64,000 nucleotides of DNA from a candidate division FCPU426 bacterium (GTDB taxonomy: Bacteria > Oederibacteriota > Muellerivitia > Muellerivitales > Muellerivitaceae): contig CAWCKJ010000004.1 in the NCBI GenBank assembly GCA_963796105.1, positions 96,001 to 160,000 of the forward strand. The letters run 5' to 3'. Shown in pieces: positions 29,598 to 41,345 of this stretch. Both the position numbers and the translations under genes were made by a program. The notes beneath the pieces are model-generated. The model was not told where the DNA came from, ran no database searches, and worked only from the letters and a program-made list of their open reading frames with translations. Positions within the stretch are counted from its first letter, which is position 1. Each line of letters opens with the position of its first letter.

Positions 29598-32108
29598 CTA
29601 TGGGGTTCCATGGGCAGGTTTTGAAACGACCGTGGAAGTATGAGATCCCGAAGTTAAATCATCCAGGAAAATTTCCGCCGCCGAGCCCGGCTGGACAACG
29701 GAAACCCTCGGAAATTTTTTCTCCCAGGTGAAATTAAGCACCATTTCCACGCGATGGTTCCCGGGAGCAAGGTCCACTTGGGCGATCCCGGTATGGGTTC
29801 CCCCGTCAGCGGGGATGTCGAGGATCTTCTTCCCGTCCACGAAGAACCAAACAAGGTTCGACGTCTCCATTTTCAGGGTGTATTTTCCTCCTGTGCTGAC
29901 GTACCAATTTCCTTCCACCCTGCCTGAATGCCAGCAATCCATAAATTCCTCCGCCGGCAGCTGGTCGTTCCAGCGAAATACCCTGTCCTCATTCAAAATA
30001 AGGCCCCGTCCCATGCCGTAATGACCGTACCAACGCCTCCGCCAGGAGAATTCCGGCACAAGGCGGGCATGGAAAAACCCCTGGTCGCTGACCGGCACCC
30101 GGTCGAATGGGATTTCGGCCCACCAGAGATAGGGCGTCTCACTTTCCGGCTTGCCGAATCTCTGGTGTTTGTTCCATTGGAGGCCCGGAAATTCCTCCTC
30201 AATCTTCCTCTGCGTTTCCACATCCCCGCCCCACAGGAGCACAGCCAGGTCTTTTCCTTTCTCTCCCGGCGGAAGGTCGATGGAATTGCTGTCGGTGGTT
30301 TGAAACAACTCCTGCCCATCGGCCAGGATATCCATAGCGATGGTATAAAAGTTAGGACGGTTCTTGACCATGTAAACACGGTGGTCAGGAAGCTCCTTTT
30401 GCGCCTGGTCCCAGACGGAGGTAGTGTCAGTTCGTTGGGCCATCCAGGTCCAGGTTAGCCAATGGTTTCTATCGACTTCCCAACCCAGGATCGACAAAAG
30501 GGCGATTAAGAAAACGGCTTTGGCCCCGGCGGGCGCAGTGCGTGGCATGGCCAGCCATAGCCGGTTAACACCCCAGGCGCCCGTGACGAGGATGGGCAGG
30601 TCGCAGATCACGTAGCGGAAGGAATGGGGCGCGTTGGAGATGACCCCGGGCAGGAGTGCGGTTACGAAAAGCAACAAGACGAAGCTTGTCACCCACCGTG
30701 GCCGCGCGATGAAGGAAGCTAGGCCCAGCAGGGCGCAGCCCACCGCGAGGAACTCGTAAAGGGAGTCCCCGATGGCGGGAAGCTGGGAGGGATGGACGGC
30801 CTGCTGGAATAGAAGCTGCCAGGTGAAGAAGATGTTCTTCCAGACTTTGAGCCAACCCTCTCCTGGCCTGGTAAATTCCTTGCTCCAAGCGGAAACATTC
30901 GACACATGGTCGAAGTAATGGAGGTGGAGGTAGAGTGGGGCCATGAGCAGCAAGGCCGCCAGGGCGCCGGATGCCCAGCCGAACAGCCTGCTGAATCCCT
31001 TCTTTTTTTCCCTACGAAAAACACGGATGAAACTCCATCCCAGGAGAACCGCCACGGGGGCGAGAAAATAGATGCTGGTGAGGCCCCTCATGATCAGGCT
31101 GTTCGGGGGCAGGAAGGAATTTTTGTACATGAAGATGACCGCCCAGGCGCCCAGAAAACCGGGTCCGATCACCGCCCGGTGAAAATCAAACCTCCTTTCC
31201 TTGGGACGAAGCGCCACCCAAATAAAAACGATTCCCAGCATGAGCGGGGCCCAGGGCCGGAAAGGAACGTAGGTGTAGCCCCCGAAGCCCAGCGTGAGTC
31301 CCCATTCCAGGAAATGGATCCAATCTGGTTTTTTCAACAGCCGGAGGAAGAACAAAAGCGCGAGGGCCGCCCCCAGGACGCAGGTGTCGTTGCCGTACTC
31401 AAACCGGGTCACCATGATCATGGTCTTGCAGGTCGCCCCCATGGCCAGGAGGATAACGCCCATCCGCCTGCCTCCTATTTCCTTTCCCAAAAGGTAAAAT
31501 AGCCAGACCGCCGTCATGTCGATGACGGTATTGCTCAAGAGCATGACGACCTGCCCAGAGGCCGAGGGCAGGAGGAGCCAAATCGAGGCGGTCAGGTAGG
31601 GAAAAAAGGGCTCCCGCCAGCCCGAGGGAAAGAGAAGGTAGCGGTTATGGAGGTCCAGGATGTTGCGGATGTCGGAGGTATGCGTGTAATGGTCATCCCA
31701 GAACCAGCCGGGGGGCTGGTGGATGTTTTCCAGGCGGAGATAAGAACCCAGAATCATGAAAAACCAGAAGCCTAATCTGGCGGACCAGGGGGGAATATCC
31801 CACTGGCTGTCCTCGGCTGGTTGAGCCCGCCGGAATAAAAGGATGAGGGCGATAAATCCGGCCCAAATCAACAAAGTCGGGGGAAGATGGGCGAAAAGGT
31901 TGTCGGTTAGGACCGGCGGAATATCGTTGCTGGTGAAAGGATTTGAAGAACCCAGCAGAAGGTTGTAATTGGGGACTGCCAAAAGCCCGGCCAGGAGCAC
32001 CAGCCAGGCTCCCGCCAGTAAAGTGAAATTCCACCCCGCGTTCGGCGCCAAGGAATATTTCAACCCCTTTCGAATATTCCGCCTGTTTTTTTTCTTTGTC
32101 GGGGGCAA
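29598..32108 (-). CDS. GT-C/PA14 membrane glycosyltransferase, paralog 2
   Basis: PPGWFWDDH, REPF, GYTYVPFRPW, PA14-like C-terminus; TTG start. Confidence 0.7.
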   Translation of the reverse strand: MPPTKKKNRRNIRKGLKYSLAPNAGWNFTLLAGAWLVLLAGLLAVPNYNLLLGSSNPFTSNDIPPVLTDNLFAHLPPTLLIWAGFIALILLFRRAQPAEDSQWDIPPWSARLGFWFFMILGSYLRLENIHQPPGWFWDDHYTHTSDIRNILDLHNRYLLFPSGWREPFFPYLTASIWLLLPSASGQVVMLLSNTVIDMTAVWLFYLLGKEIGGRRMGVILLAMGATCKTMIMVTRFEYGNDTCVLGAALALLFFLRLLKKPDWIHFLEWGLTLGFGGYTYVPFRPWAPLMLGIVFIWVALRPKERRFDFHRAVIGPGFLGAWAVIFMYKNSFLPPNSLIMRGLTSIYFLAPVAVLLGWSFIRVFRREKKKGFSRLFGWASGALAALLLMAPLYLHLHYFDHVSNVSAWSKEFTRPGEGWLKVWKNIFFTWQLLFQQAVHPSQLPAIGDSLYEFLAVGCALLGLASFIARPRWVTSFVLLLFVTALLPGVISNAPHSFRYVICDLPILVTGAWGVNRLWLAMPRTAPAGAKAVFLIALLSILGWEVDRNHWLTWTWMAQRTDTTSVWDQAQKELPDHRVYMVKNRPNFYTIAMDILADGQELFQTTDSNSIDLPPGEKGKDLAVLLWGGDVETQRKIEEEFPGLQWNKHQRFGKPESETPYLWWAEIPFDRVPVSDQGFFHARLVPEFSWRRRWYGHYGMGRGLILNEDRVFRWNDQLPAEEFMDCWHSGRVEGNWYVSTGGKYTLKMETSNLVWFFVDGKKILDIPADGGTHTGIAQVDLAPGNHRVEMVLNFTWEKKFPRVSVVQPGSAAEIFLDDLTSGSHTSTVVSKPAHGTP

Positions 32109-32238
32109 TTTATTCTCGCTTTTATGGACGGCAGTATTCCCAAACGACTCATTTTAACGGCACTCCCCCAGAGGGGGAGTTCTTTTTTCAACTATTCCAT
32201 GAATAAATACCCGGGGCTTGATCGGACAAGTTTTGATT

Positions 32239-34755
32239 TCAAGTTCCAGAAGGATTGGCTTCCTCCAAATTCGCCACCAGTTCATCCAATGGGACCTTTA
32301 TGCCCGTCCCGGGCGCCGTAACCTCAATGGGTTGGAACTGGTTCTGGTAAGCCAATGTGGTCGCCAGCTCGACTTGGTGGACCCCCGGCGAAAGGTCCAC
32401 CTCGGAGGTTTTGTCCACCAGGTCGCTTTGAGGAGGGATATAGAGAACCCTTTTCCCGTCCAAAAGGAGCCAATTGACGGAGGAGGTTCTCACTTCGAAT
32501 CGGTATCGGCCCCCCTTGCGGATGTTCCAATTCCCAACCACCCTGACCGAATGCCAGGTATCCAAATAATCCTTGGTCGGCAGTTGGTCGTTCCAATGGG
32601 CCGTCCGGTCCTCGTAGAGGATCATGCCCCGCGCCAGCCCGTAGTGGCCGTACCAGCGCCTCAACCAGGTCGCCTCCGGGACCCCGCGGACATGGAACAA
32701 GCCCGATTCCCCCTCGGGTATATTCTTGAAGGGCACCTCGGCCCACCACAAGTAAGGAACCTCATCATCATGTTGCAGGCAAATTCTTTGCTTGTTCCAC
32801 TGGATTCCGGGAAATTCCTTCTCGATCTTCTTTTGGCTCTCGACATCCTGGCCCCAGACGAAAACGGCCAGGTCCTTTCCCTTTTCCCCCGGCGTAAGGT
32901 CAATCGAATTGCTCTCCCCGGCTTGGTAAATTTTCTCCCCATCAGACAATATATCCATGGCGCATGTGTAGAACTTGGGGTGTTGAAACAGGTAAACCCG
33001 GTGGTTGGGCAATTCTTTTTCCGCCTGGTCCCAGACGCTCGTGGTGTTGGTCCTCTGGCCCATCCACTCCCAAGTGAGGCGGTGGTTCTTGCCCGTTTCC
33101 CAGGCCAATGATCCCAGAAGAACCAGGGCGAACGCCCATCGGTACGCCCGTCCAGGTTTAAGCTGGAGAAACGCCAGCCATAAACGGTTCACTCCCCAGG
33201 CCCCGGTCAACAGGAGGGGAATGCTGCATATCACGTATCGGAATGAGTGCGGCCCGTTGGACAGTGAGGCCGTTAAAACAGAAAGGAAAAACAAGGAAGC
33301 GAGAAAACTGCTGAGCCATCTGGGCCTCGCGATGAAATATGCCCCTCCTAGGAGCCCGCAGGCCGCGGCCAGTAACTCGTAAAGGGAATCCCCGATGGCG
33401 GGAATTTGAGAGGGGTGGGCCACCTGGCCGAACAGCAGACCCCAGCTGAATTGAATGTTCTCAAGGACCTTCCGGAACCCCTCCCCGGGGCCGCTGAAAT
33501 CCTTGTTCCAGGCCATGACGTCCGCGACATGCTCTGAGTAATGGGGAAATAAATAGAGGGGAGTCATCAGCAAGGCGGTGACCAGGGCCCCCGTCGCCCA
33601 GCCGAACAACTTGCTGAATCCCTTCTTCCTTTCGCGCCAAAACACCTCCGCATAGCTGGCGGCTAAAAGGGCTCCGAAGGGGATCAGGACAACGGGTCTC
33701 GTCAGGAATCGGATGATCGCGTTATCCCCCGGCAGGAGATTGTTCTGGTAGAGGAACATGAAAGCCCATGCTCCCAGAAGAGCCGGTCCAAGGGTGATCT
33801 TGAAAAAATCCAGCCGCCTTTCCTTGGGATCGTTGAACACCCACAGCCAAACCGCGCCCAGCATGGCCGGCGTCCAGGGCCGGAATGGCACATAGGTATA
33901 ACCCCCGAACCCCAGGGCCAGGCCCCACCAGAGGAAATGGGGCCAAGTGGGTTTTTTCAGGACCCTGAGGAACGCCAAAACGGCCAGGGCTCCGGCCAGG
34001 ACGCATGTTTCGTTGTCGTAGGTGAACTTGGTCACCATGACCATGGTCTTGCAAATGGAACCCATGGCTAAAAGCAGGATGCCCATCCGCCTTCCCCCGA
34101 TTTCCTTGCCGGCCAGGTAAAAGATCCACAGTGCGGCCAGATCGATAAGGGTGTCTGAGAAGAGCATGATGAAATGGCCCGTAGCCCGGGGCAGGAGAAT
34201 CCATAAGAAAGCCGTCAGGTAGGAATGGAATGGCTCCCTCCATCCCATGGGAAACATGAAATGAAAAACGTGATTGTCCAGGATATTGCGGATGTCCGAG
34301 GTGAGGACGAAATGATCGTCCCAGTAAAAGCCCGCGGGTTGATGGGCGTTTTCCAGGCGGAGGAACGCCCCCAATGCCATGAAAAACCAGAACGCTATAC
34401 TGGCTGGGACTTTTTCCAGATCCTCGACCCCGTCCCCCGCCGGAGGAATCCTTCGGAAAAGGAAAATCATGGCGATGAAACCTCCCCAGATCAGCAGGGC
34501 ACCCGGCAGGTGGGTGAAAAGGTTGTCTGGCAGGACTGGGATTCCGCTGTGGATGAAGGGATTTCCGGGATAAAAGAGAAGATTGTAGTTGGGCAGGGAA
34601 AGAAGGCCCGCCATGACCAGGAGCCAGGAGGCCAGAAGCCAAGCGGAAATTTTCCATTGGTTGGCCGCCGGTCCCGTGAGGCTCCGTTTCCCCCGGCTCG
34701 CGGCAGGCCGGGTTGAATGCACGAACGGTTTTTTTATTTTTCTTTTACTGGCCAA
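32239..34755 (-). CDS. GT-C/PA14 membrane glycosyltransferase, paralog 1
   Basis: PAGFYWDDH, REPF, GYTYVPFRPW, PA14-like C-terminus; TTG start. Confidence 0.7.
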   Translation of the reverse strand: MASKRKIKKPFVHSTRPAASRGKRSLTGPAANQWKISAWLLASWLLVMAGLLSLPNYNLLFYPGNPFIHSGIPVLPDNLFTHLPGALLIWGGFIAMIFLFRRIPPAGDGVEDLEKVPASIAFWFFMALGAFLRLENAHQPAGFYWDDHFVLTSDIRNILDNHVFHFMFPMGWREPFHSYLTAFLWILLPRATGHFIMLFSDTLIDLAALWIFYLAGKEIGGRRMGILLLAMGSICKTMVMVTKFTYDNETCVLAGALAVLAFLRVLKKPTWPHFLWWGLALGFGGYTYVPFRPWTPAMLGAVWLWVFNDPKERRLDFFKITLGPALLGAWAFMFLYQNNLLPGDNAIIRFLTRPVVLIPFGALLAASYAEVFWRERKKGFSKLFGWATGALVTALLMTPLYLFPHYSEHVADVMAWNKDFSGPGEGFRKVLENIQFSWGLLFGQVAHPSQIPAIGDSLYELLAAACGLLGGAYFIARPRWLSSFLASLFFLSVLTASLSNGPHSFRYVICSIPLLLTGAWGVNRLWLAFLQLKPGRAYRWAFALVLLGSLAWETGKNHRLTWEWMGQRTNTTSVWDQAEKELPNHRVYLFQHPKFYTCAMDILSDGEKIYQAGESNSIDLTPGEKGKDLAVFVWGQDVESQKKIEKEFPGIQWNKQRICLQHDDEVPYLWWAEVPFKNIPEGESGLFHVRGVPEATWLRRWYGHYGLARGMILYEDRTAHWNDQLPTKDYLDTWHSVRVVGNWNIRKGGRYRFEVRTSSVNWLLLDGKRVLYIPPQSDLVDKTSEVDLSPGVHQVELATTLAYQNQFQPIEVTAPGTGIKVPLDELVANLEEANPSGT

Positions 34756-34972
34756 TTTCGATTCCCTTCTGAAAAAGGACCGTAAGACTATACCGGGAGG
34801 TTATTTGATGGGATTTGCGGGTGAAATTCATTCCAGCGGTTGAATTATATCAAATAAGCGGAAAGGGTTACTTCAACAAGAAAACCCTTTTGAATTTAGG
34901 TCTTAAGGTTCGGCCATAGGGAAAATCTAAGCCGGTTTGTAATGAAACCTCAGGGCTTGTTTCGGATTAATT

Positions 34973-37900
34973 TCATCTCAAAACAAGCAATTTGGCGACG
35001 AGGCGGCCCTGGGGTGTCTGGACCACCACGTAGTAGATCCCGTTGGAAAGGGGCTTCCCTGCCTTGTCCGTCAGGGGGATTGGGACATCCGTCACCCCCA
35101 CTGGCACTTGGGTCCTGTCAATCTCGTTCACCTTCCTGAAGGACAATGTGAATATCTCGATTCGTACCAACGGCTCGCTTTGGGCCAGGATGATCTGGAT
35201 CGTCACTGGCTCCGTTCCATCCACAGGATTCGGATAGACAACAATCTTGTTCTTGCCAACCGGTGTCGGAGTTCCCGTCAAGGTGGCCGTCGGAGTGTAC
35301 GATGCGGTGTAAGTCGGTGTGGAAGACGGCGTCTTCGTGTAGGTGAACGTCGCCGTGAAGGTAGCCGTGGGGGTCCCGGTGGCTGTGGGTGTCGCGGTAT
35401 AGGTCCATGTCCTCGTCGAGGTAGGGGTGAAACTTGATGTTGCTGTGAAGGTGGCGGTGTTCGTTCGTGTTTGGGTCGGAGTTGGCGAAGCCGAAACGGT
35501 CATCGTGTTCGTGACCGTCGTGGTAGCGGTGAGGGATGCCGTAGGCGTCATCGAAGCCGTGGGTGTCGGCGTATTCGTCCAGGTATAGGTAGGGGTGGAC
35601 GTTGAAGTAAATGTCGCCGTAGGTGTGGAAGAAGGCGTATTGGTAAAGGTGGAAGTCGGAGTGTTGGTGGACGTGTCGGTGACCGTCGGGGTCGGCGTGT
35701 AGGTCAAAGTATTGGTCGCAGTAGGCGTCGGGGTGCGTGTCGGGGTGTTCGTATAGGTGGGTGTAACCGTCGGTGTGTTGGTGGGCGACTGGGTTCCGGT
35801 GTTGGTATTGGTCGCGGTAGGCGTCACCGTCGGCGTATTCGTGTTCGTCGGCGTCGAGGTATTAGTGGGTGTGTTCGTCTTGGTGCTGGTGGCGGTATTC
35901 GTGAATGTGTTGGTGGGCGTTGAAGTCATTGTATTTGTTGAAGTATGTGTCGGGGTCGCGGTGTTGGTGGAGGTGGAAGTGGGTGTCTTTGTTGCCGTGG
36001 CGGTTGGCGTGTTGGTGGACGTGTTGGTCAGTGTCGGAGTCTGCGTAGATGTCGAGGTGAGCGTCGGGGTGGGCGTCGAAGTGCGTGTCGGGGTGCTCGT
36101 ATAGGTGGGTGTGATAGTCGGAGTGTTGGTGGGGGACTGGGTTCCGGTGTTGGTATTGGTCGCGGTAGGCGTCACCGTCGGCGTATTCGTATTCGTTGGA
36201 GTCGTGGTATTAGTGGGTGTGTTCGTCTTGGTATAGGTGGCTGTGCTCGTAAAGGTACTTGTCGGGGTCGATGTCGGGGTGAATGTGGCCGTATTAGTCG
36301 ACGTAGGTGTGGATGTCCGAGTCGGGGTTGTTGTCGGCGTGTTGCTCAAAGTATTCGTCACTGTTGGGGTCGGAGTGGATGTCGAAGTATTCGTCGGGGT
36401 GGGTGTCGGGGTCCTGGTCGGGGTAATGGTAGGCGTATTCGTGGGGGAAGTGGTCCCCGTATTGGTATTGGTCGCGGTAGGCGTCACCGTCGGCGTATTC
36501 GTGTTCGTCGATGTGGCTGTATTGGTGGGTGTGCTGGTCCTGGTATTGGTAGCTGTGCTCGTAAAGGTGCTGGTCGGGGTCGAAGTCGCTGTGGAAGTTG
36601 AAGTATTCGTGGAGGTCGGCGTAGCGGTTCTGGTCGGTGTGGCAGTCGGCGTATTGGTAGATGTGTTCGTCACCGTTGGGGTCGAAGTGGATGTCGAAGT
36701 ATTCGTCGGGGTGGGTGTCGGAGTCCTGGTCGGGGTAATGGTAGGCGTATTCGTGGGGGAAGTGGTCCCGGTGTTGGTATTGGTCGCGGTAGGCGTCACC
36801 GTCGGCGTATTCGTGTTCGTCGAAGTCGCGGTATTGGTGGGGGTATTCGTCCTCGTGTTGGTGGATGTGTTCGTAAAGGTGTTGGTTGGGGTCGAAGTCG
36901 CTGTGGAAGTTGGAGTATTCGTGGAGGTCGGCGTAGCGGTTCTGGTCGGTGTGGCAGTCGGCGTATTGGTTGGAGTGTTTGTTACTGTTGGGGTCGGGGT
37001 GGAACTCGAGGTATTCGTTGGAGTGGGTGTCGGGGTCCTGGTCGGGGTAATGGTAGGCGTATTCGTGGGGGAAGTGGTCCCCGTATTGGTATTGGTCGCA
37101 GTAGGCGTCACCGTCGGCGTATTCGTGTTCGTCGATGTGGCTGTATTGGTGGGTGTGCTGGTCCTGGTATTGGTAGCTGTGCTCGTAAAGGTGCTGGTCG
37201 GGGTCGAAGTCGCTGTGGAAGTTGAAGTATTCGTGGAGGTCGGCGTAGCGGTCCTGGTCGGGGTTGCTGTCGGCGTATTGGTAGATGTGTTCGTCACCGT
37301 TGGGGTCGAAGTGGATGTCGAAGTATTCGTCGGGGTGGGTGTCGGGGTCCTGGTGGGGGTGATGGTAGGCGTATTCGTGGGGGAAGTGGTCCCGGTGTTG
37401 GTATTGGTCGTGGTAGGCGTCACCGTCGGCGTATTCGTGTTCGTCGAAGTCGCGGTATTGGTGGGGGTATTCGTCCTCGTGTTGGTGAATGTGTTCGTGG
37501 GGGTATTGCTGGGTGTTGAAGTCGAGGTGTTTGTGGAAGTATTTATCGGTGTATTGGTCCTCGTCGGAGTGGAAGTGGATGTTGCCGTATTTGTGGCGGT
37601 ATTGGTAGAAGTGGTCGTCAAGGTGGCGGTAAGAGTATTAGTTGACGTGTTGGTCCTGGTTGGAGTAGGAGTGGCTGTTGCCGTATTCGTGGCGGTATTA
37701 GTCGGGGTATTCGTGGGTGTGGATGTCACAGTATAAGTCGGTGTATTCGTCCGGGTCGCGGTCGGGGTAAGCGTCGGGGTGTTTGTGGCGGTATTGGTCG
37801 AGGTGTTCGTCCTCGTCGGAGTTGGCGTAGCAGAAGGCGTAGCGGTGAGGGTGACCGTGTCGGTCACAGTGGCCGTAGGCGTCATCGAAGCCGTTGCGGT

Positions 37901-40342
37901 ATTCGTCCTGGTCGGAGTGGGAGTGGATGTTGCCGTATTTGTAGCGGTATTAGTCGGGGTACTAGTGGGTGTAGCTGTCGTCGTATTCGTGGATGTGTTT
38001 GTCCTGGTCGAGGTGGAGGTAAGAGTCACCGTATTGGTCGCGGTGCTGGTGGAGGTATTCGTCAGGGTAGCCGTGGCAGTATTGGTAGGTGTATTCGTCC
38101 TGGTCGGGGTGGGAGTGGATGTTGCCGTATTTGTAACGGTATTAGTCGGCATATTCGTGGGTGTGGATGTCACCGTATTAGTTGGTGTATTTGTCCTAGT
38201 CGGGGTTGAGGAAAGGGTCGCCGTATTGGTGACTGTGTTGGTAGAGGTATTCGTTCGGGTCGCGGTAGCCGTGAGTGTCGGGGTGTTTGTGACGGTATTG
38301 GTCAGAGTATTCGTGGAGGTAGATGTCACCGTATTGGTTGCGGTATTCGTCCTAGTCGGGGTTGGAGTGGCCGTCGCTGTATTGGTGACTGTGTTGGTGG
38401 ATGTGTTCGTCCTTGTCGCGGTCAAGGTTGGGGTGTTGGTGAAAGTGTTCGTCAGGGTGCTAGTCGCCGTATTTGTGGGCGTATTGGTGCGGGTGTTGGT
38501 GGATGTGATCGTGGGCGTCGCGGTGGCGGTATTAGTGGCCGTGTTTGTCCTAGTCGGGGTTATAGTCGGCGTTTGGGTCGGGGTGTTCGTGGCCGTGTTC
38601 GTCCTAGTCACGGTGGGAGTGGAGGTCCTAGTGGGCGTGTTGGTGGCGGTGCTCGCGACGGTGCATACCACCGAGATGGCGATGCTGTTGCTGGTCACGG
38701 GTCCCCCCCCCGACCAACTGGCGATCCCGGCGTCGGTGACGACATTGCAATAATCGCTCGAATTGACGCTGTAAGACCCCACGATGAAGGTAATGGGTAC
38801 GCAGGCACCCCCCGGCAGGTTGCTCACCACCCAAGTCAAGTTGGGGTAGGCCGTGCTGGTGGGGTTGATGGTCACCGCGGCGCCTGACTCCGTCACTGTC
38901 CATTGGCTATAACCCGGCCCCTCAAAGGACCATCCCAGGGGGTTCGTAATGCTGTCCGTCACCGTGACCGAATTGGCCGTAACCGCCCCGGTCCCATTGC
39001 AAACATTCAGGAACATCGTGATGGGGCCGGTATCCGAATAATTAGAAGTAGGTCCTCCCGTGGTCTTGGTGAGGGTGATTTTAGGGGGGACCGTTGTTGG
39101 AGTAGGAGTAAATGTGGGTGTAAAGGTGCTGGTATGTCCGGGGGTGTTGGTGGGGACGGGAGATCCGCTGGAGCAATTGGGGGTCGGGGTCTGGTTCAAG
39201 TTATACAACCAGGTGGAAACCGGCGCGCCGTGGTAGGAAGTGGTGGGATAGCCGCTGAAACTCGTTATTAGTGTCGGGCTATCATCGGAGCTGAAGCACC
39301 AGGCCATGGCCGAATAAACGTAATTGTTACTGTTGCTTCCATCAATCCAAGCGAGAGTCTGAGTGTCCCAATTGGCAGGGTCGCTGGAGGCCGCGCCGAA
39401 TTCCTCAATCATTACGGCATAGTTGCCTGTGATCGTGGTCACTTCCGGATCCCAACCGCCGGCCGTCACACCCTTGTTGTTATAAACGTGGGAGGAATAA
39501 AGAACCCCATATCCCGAACCGGTGTCGGTTAGGGGCCTTGCTGGCACGCCCGACAAATCATAGGCATAACCGATCCCACCCGCCACGCAAATGTTATTCG
39601 CGCCCGTGCCGCGGATGGTGCTTAAGAGGGTCTGCAAACCGACATAGCCCCCGTTCCCGGTCACAGCCTCGTCCCAAGTAGTCGGATAGGGTTCGTTGAA
39701 CATGTCGTATAAGACCGCGGGATTATTGGCATAGGTTGAGGCAACGGAGGACCACAAGGTCACCGCGTTGGCATCCGGTAACGGCTGTTGGCCCGTAGCC
39801 GTGTTCCATCCTGTGCCGCAAGGGGCTGTGGCGGTGGTTTGTGTCCCGGACCAATGCAGGTCCAAATCCACATACACGTTTTGGGAGGAACAATAGTTGA
39901 CGATGGCCGCGATCATGTCCCGATAGGCCGATTGGGTAGGGGTATAGTTGTTTGCGCACCCGAACCAATAACCCTGGTTGAAAGGAACCCGGACGCAGTT
40001 GATATGCCAAGCCGTGACAGCTTCACTGATAATGGCAACATAATTAGTCATGCTAACGCCGTCGACTGTCGTCGTAGGATACCCGGTCCCGGTGTCCCCT
40101 TCGGGATAGTATTCCAAGCCGGAAACATCCACACCCTTTAAGCGGACTGCGCAATTGCCGCTTGCGGTTACGATCTGATTTCCTGAAATTTTAAGTTGAG
40201 GAGGGGCTGCTTGGGAAAGTTGGGGATTGAGGCCAAATCCTAAAAACACGAATAGAATACACCCATATAATTGGCTGGTAAAAAACGATTTCAGCCTTAG
40301 GCCGACTTTATTAGGTTTTATGTATCCGTTCAAGGAATTCAC
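34973..40342 (-). CDS. GH5 glycoside hydrolase + DUF11-like domain + very long (Thr-X)n linker + T9SS-like C-terminal domain
   Basis: VRLKGV..SG.EY, NCVRVP, LDLHW, acid/base MFNEP, HVY, nucleophile EEFG, W; C-terminal [21 protein letters not shown]. Start codon uncertain. Confidence 0.85.
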   Translation of the reverse strand: MNSLNGYIKPNKVGLRLKSFFTSQLYGCILFVFLGFGLNPQLSQAAPPQLKISGNQIVTASGNCAVRLKGVDVSGLEYYPEGDTGTGYPTTTVDGVSMTNYVAIISEAVTAWHINCVRVPFNQGYWFGCANNYTPTQSAYRDMIAAIVNYCSSQNVYVDLDLHWSGTQTTATAPCGTGWNTATGQQPLPDANAVTLWSSVASTYANNPAVLYDMFNEPYPTTWDEAVTGNGGYVGLQTLLSTIRGTGANNICVAGGIGYAYDLSGVPARPLTDTGSGYGVLYSSHVYNNKGVTAGGWDPEVTTITGNYAVMIEEFGAASSDPANWDTQTLAWIDGSNSNNYVYSAMAWCFSSDDSPTLITSFSGYPTTSYHGAPVSTWLYNLNQTPTPNCSSGSPVPTNTPGHTSTFTPTFTPTPTTVPPKITLTKTTGGPTSNYSDTGPITMFLNVCNGTGAVTANSVTVTDSITNPLGWSFEGPGYSQWTVTESGAAVTINPTSTAYPNLTWVVSNLPGGACVPITFIVGSYSVNSSDYCNVVTDAGIASWSGGGPVTSNSIAISVVCTVASTATNTPTRTSTPTVTRTNTATNTPTQTPTITPTRTNTATNTATATPTITSTNTRTNTPTNTATSTLTNTFTNTPTLTATRTNTSTNTVTNTATATPTPTRTNTATNTVTSTSTNTLTNTVTNTPTLTATATRTNTSTNTVTNTATLSSTPTRTNTPTNTVTSTPTNMPTNTVTNTATSTPTPTRTNTPTNTATATLTNTSTSTATNTVTLTSTSTRTNTSTNTTTATPTSTPTNTATNTATSTPTPTRTNTATASMTPTATVTDTVTLTATPSATPTPTRTNTSTNTATNTPTLTPTATRTNTPTYTVTSTPTNTPTNTATNTATATPTPTRTNTSTNTLTATLTTTSTNTATNTATSTSTPTRTNTPINTSTNTSTSTPSNTPTNTFTNTRTNTPTNTATSTNTNTPTVTPTTTNTNTGTTSPTNTPTITPTRTPTPTPTNTSTSTSTPTVTNTSTNTPTATPTRTATPTSTNTSTSTATSTPTSTFTSTATNTRTSTPTNTATSTNTNTPTVTPTATNTNTGTTSPTNTPTITPTRTPTPTPTNTSSSTPTPTVTNTPTNTPTATPTRTATPTSTNTPTSTATSTPTNTFTNTSTNTRTNTPTNTATSTNTNTPTVTPTATNTNTGTTSPTNTPTITPTRTPTPTPTNTSTSTSTPTVTNTSTNTPTATPTRTATPTSTNTSTSTATSTPTSTFTSTATNTRTSTPTNTATSTNTNTPTVTPTATNTNTGTTSPTNTPTITPTRTPTPTPTNTSTSTPTPTVTNTLSNTPTTTPTRTSTPTSTNTATFTPTSTPTSTFTSTATYTKTNTPTNTTTPTNTNTPTVTPTATNTNTGTQSPTNTPTITPTYTSTPTRTSTPTPTLTSTSTQTPTLTNTSTNTPTATATKTPTSTSTNTATPTHTSTNTMTSTPTNTFTNTATSTKTNTPTNTSTPTNTNTPTVTPTATNTNTGTQSPTNTPTVTPTYTNTPTRTPTPTATNTLTYTPTPTVTDTSTNTPTSTFTNTPSSTPTATFTSTSTPTYTWTNTPTPTASMTPTASLTATTTVTNTMTVSASPTPTQTRTNTATFTATSSFTPTSTRTWTYTATPTATGTPTATFTATFTYTKTPSSTPTYTASYTPTATLTGTPTPVGKNKIVVYPNPVDGTEPVTIQIILAQSEPLVRIEIFTLSFRKVNEIDRTQVPVGVTDVPIPLTDKAGKPLSNGIYYVVVQTPQGRLVAKLLVLR
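35770..37500 (-). repeat. Coding tandem repeat, 312 bp (104 aa), ~5 copies plus one 348-bp-spaced copy
   Basis: Anchor GTGGTCCC recurs at 36450, 36762, 37074 and 37386 (step 312); variant copies near 36131 and 35783. Confidence 0.85.
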
Positions 40343-40632
40343 CCTTTGTTGACTGCACGAACATAAATGAATACGAAACGTGTTTCAATCCGTTTCAAAA
40401 AAAACGCTAAACCGTTTTAGTAAATATACCACTTTTTCCATTATTTCAACTATTTGTCCCCTAAATTAGTGGTTTTTAGGTAACCGGTATAATCAAAAGA
40501 AAACACGTTCAACCTTACCTCATCATGAAAAAACTAAAAAAGTTATATTGCCGACAGTACATTCATCACTCCTTTTCGACTTATCATTTAGACTCATTCC
40601 CCTTAGAAGTTTTAAAAACTAGAGGAGATCCA

Positions 40633-41328
40633 ATGTCCCACGTGACTTGTTTCCAACATATCGACTGTGAGGGCCCTGGGTCGGTATTGGAAATCCTGAA
40701 AAATAAAAATATTGCCCTAAAGGTCGTGAAACCCTTCCGCGGTGAAAACATCCCGGAAAAAATCGGCGATGGACTCATCGTCCTTGGCGGCCCGATGGGA
40801 GTGTATGAGCAGAACGAATATTCCTGGATGAACCTGGAAATATCGGCGATCCAGGAGTGTTTGAAAAAACAAATCCCGGTCTTGGGAATCTGCCTGGGCG
40901 CGCAGATGCTGGCCCATGCCGCGGGCGGAACCGTCTATAAGGGCATCCAGCCGGAAGTAGGTTGGTATCCCATCCGATTATCAAACGAGGGCCGGTGGGA
41001 CCCGCTCTTGTTGGGATTGCCGGAAGAGGTCATGGCCTTCCATTGGCACGGGGACACCTTTTCCCTTCCCCTTGACGCGGTGAGGCTCGCCGGCAGTTCC
41101 AATTATCCGAATCAATTATTCAAATTGGGAAACAACGCTTACGGCTTCCAATGCCACTTGGAAACCACGGAGGAAATGATCAAGGAGTGGGTCTTGGTTT
41201 ACGAAAAAGAGCTGGAGCCGAAGGGTTCCCTTCCCCGCCAGCCCATCGAGAAAAACCTTCAGGCGAACGCCTCGAATTTGAGAAACACCGCCGAGACTGT
41301 CTTTTCCCGCTTCGCCGCGCTTCTTTAG
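40633..41328 (+). CDS. Type 1 glutamine amidotransferase (GATase1, GMP-synthase-like)
   Basis: QH...EGPG, LIVLGGPMGV, nucleophile GICLGAQ, HWHGD, QCHLE; GAGGAG RBS. Confidence 0.9.
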   Translation: MSHVTCFQHIDCEGPGSVLEILKNKNIALKVVKPFRGENIPEKIGDGLIVLGGPMGVYEQNEYSWMNLEISAIQECLKKQIPVLGICLGAQMLAHAAGGTVYKGIQPEVGWYPIRLSNEGRWDPLLLGLPEEVMAFHWHGDTFSLPLDAVRLAGSSNYPNQLFKLGNNAYGFQCHLETTEEMIKEWVLVYEKELEPKGSLPRQPIEKNLQANASNLRNTAETVFSRFAALL

Positions 41329-41345
41329 GATCGTGAGCCGGCAGG

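Noticed and set aside
35757..38753. Val/Gly-rich plus-strand ORFs (e.g. 36237-37736, 37779-38753; likewise 751-1113 and 3250-3573)
   Set aside because: Antisense shadows of Thr/Pro codon runs.
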